Origin: Mobula hypostoma
Taxonomy: Eukaryota
Assembly: GCF_963921235.1 (NCBI RefSeq)
Contig: NC_086097.1
Coordinates: 198,898,001-198,962,000, forward strand
Reading direction: 5' to 3'
DNA length: 64,000 nucleotides
Shown one piece after another: positions 61,888-64,000 of the stretch. The notes beneath the pieces were generated by a model. That model was not told the origin of the DNA and searched no databases. It saw nothing but the letters and a program-made list of their open reading frames with translations. A program made the position numbers and the translations under genes. Each line of letters opens with the position of its first letter. Position 1 is the stretch's first letter.

Positions 61888-62165
61888 TACACATAAAAGT
61901 CGCTGGTGAACGCAGCAGGCGAGGCAGCATCTATAGGAAGAGGTACAGTCGACGTTTCGGGCTGAGACCCTTCGTCAGGACCAACTGAAAGAAGAGATAG
62001 CAAGAGACTTGAAAGTGGGAGGGGGAGGGGGAGATCCAAAATGATAGGAGAAGACAGGAGGGGGAGGGAAGAAGCCAAGAGCTGGAAAGTTGACTGGCAA
62101 AAAGGATACATAGTTGGAGAAGTCTTCCATTAATGCCTCTCCTCCCCTTCTTACCCCATCCCTTA
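61888..62165 (-). mobile_element. PLE terminal fragment with hammerhead-like core
   Basis: Same sequence family as the 18502-19346 arms; core at about 61945-61985. Confidence 0.8.
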
Positions 62166-62677
62166 TTAAAAAGGGGGGGAATAAAAATAAAAATAAATAA
62201 TCTGGGGGAACGTTGTATCATTTTTTAATGCATGCATTTCTAAATGACAATAAACGAGGACTGACTGTCCTCATAATCTAATCTAATCTAATTGAATATG
62301 GAGGCTCTTGGGATGGTAGATCAAGACAAAAGAAACTATCACTGGAAAGATGGTGGAAAGATGGGGTAAGTATGGAATAGTCAATAGTTTTTGATTTATT
62401 TTGTATCTCACTTCTGCCACTTCAATATCACTCCTGAAAAAATAATATTGCTCACATCCATCTTCTCCAATAGAAATCACAGCAATTCAAGTTTAGAGTC
62501 CAATATTAACTTGAAGGTAGGGATGGAGTGTGGGAAGCTGTTTGAATTCAGAAAGCTTAGAATAAGTGGATTAATATTTGTTATTATGTTTGGTTGTGGC
62601 TGAGAAATAGCATCAGAACAATATGAGGTGTTTGAGTCTTTGGCACTAGACTGCAGCAAGGGAACAGAAGGCATACG

Positions 62678-63297
62678 GTGCATTGGCCTTCATCAATCAT
62701 GGGATTGGGTTTAAGAGCCGAGAGGTAATGTTGCAGCTATATAGGACCCTGGTCAGACCCCACTTGGAGTACTGTGCTCAATTCTGATCGTCTCACTGCA
62801 GGAAGGACGTGGAAAACATAGAAAGGGTGCAGAGGAGATTTACAAGGATGTTGCCTGGATTGGTGAGCATGCCTTATGAGAATAGATAGAGTGAACTCGC
62901 CTTTTCTCCTTGGAGCGACGGAGGATGAGAGGTGACCTGATAGAGGTGTACAAGATAATGAGAGGCATTGATTGTGTGGATAGGCAGAGGCTTTTTCCCA
63001 GGGCTGAAATGGCTAGCACGAGAGGGCATAGTTTTAAGGTGCTTGGCAGTAGGTACAGAATAGATGTCAGGGGTAAGTTTTTTTACGCAGAGAGTGGTGA
63101 GTGCGTGGAATGGGCTGCCGGCGGCGGTGGTGGAGGCGGAAACAATAGGGTCTTTTAAGAGACTCCTGGATAGGTCCATGGAGTTTAGAAAAATAGAGGG
63201 CTATGGGTAAGCCTAGGTAGTTCTAAGGTAAGGACATGTTCTGCATAGCTCTCTGGGCAGTAGGGCCTGTATTGTGCTGTAGGTTCCCTATGTTTCT
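62678..63297 (+). mobile_element. CR1 LINE 3' end
   Basis: ERRRMRGDLIEVYKIMRGID motif and a CR1 3' UTR ending CTATGTTTCTA. Confidence 0.9.
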
Positions 63298-64000
63298 AAC
63301 AGAGTGGAGAGGAGAGATGACATAATTGGGGCAGCAGGCAAATTGGAAAGGCTACTATTGAAAGAAATTACAATGGATAGGAAAGATTTATTGGGATTTT
63401 GACCATATGCAGGGAAATAGGACTTGTTCAGTTAGAAAATTCGTCTGGCACAAATGCGTTGGGCTAAGGTGTCTGCTTCGGTGCTGTACAGATTTTTCAC
63501 TCTATGACTGTAACTAAGTTTCAGACCTTGCTGGGGGGAGGGGTGGTGGTGTGGTTAATGCCAATAGTATAAAGTTAGGCAGTAGGATCGCAGAACAGTT
63601 GACAGTGACATTGTGGGAGCAGATGAAGTAGGCAAGGGCCCAGTCACTCTATTAGGGAAAATATCAACCCTGTATCTACCCTGTCAAACCCCATAAGGAT
63701 TTTGTTTAGTTCAATGAGATCACATTTTATTCTTCCAAATTTGAGTGTGTACAGTCCAAGTCTGCATTTCCATTTTCATGTGATGATCCTCTATTCCAAA
63801 AGTCAATCCAGTGAAGCTTTGTTAAAATATCTCAATCACAAGAATATCCTTCCTTAGCCAGGGCTATCAAACTTGCAAACATTATTCCAGGGCAGTTTCA
63901 TCATGGCCCAGTGTAACTGGAATAATATGTCTCCAATCTTGTCCTCACTTCCTCTTATAATAAAGGCTATCATGCTCTTCCCCTTGAAGAATATAAAAAT

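Noticed and set aside
55897..64000. Further upstream ADCY8 exons
   Set aside because: I could not recognise the preceding transmembrane exon; it probably lies beyond the window, though a short exon could have been missed.
1..64000. CRISPR arrays or prokaryotic operons
   Set aside because: No regularly spaced repeat-spacer array; the sequence has spliceosomal introns and vertebrate retroelements.

Overview
Eukaryotic, repeat-rich vertebrate DNA. The repeat repertoire (CR1, Rex1/Babar, Penelope-like, Gypsy) suggests a cartilaginous fish, probably a ray; this is inference. Most entries in the supplied ORF track are retroelement fragments or spurious. Two host genes lie on the minus strand: the first coding exon and CpG-island promoter of RNF139/TRC8 (844-1006), and the last five coding exons of adenylate cyclase 8 (ADCY8, 35541-55896). 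The rest is largely nested mobile elements. Most notable: (1) a Gypsy LTR retrotransposon (17864-22891) whose RT/RNaseH/integrase core appears replaced by an intronless fragment of RBM25 mRNA, i.e. LTR-mediated gene capture; (2) a family of Penelope-like fold-back insertions of 150 bp to 2.2 kb with 10-12 bp target-site duplications, carrying minimal hammerhead-ribozyme cores, plus a second hammerhead-bearing palindrome family; (3) two copies of a MER1/Charlie3-like hAT element carrying a CR1 fragment; (4) a Chapaev-like DNA transposon; (5) a full-length decayed Gypsy with a tRNA-Trp primer site inside an ADCY8 intron. All homology calls are from recognition of the sequence, not from database searches, and repeat boundaries are approximate unless a TSD is given.
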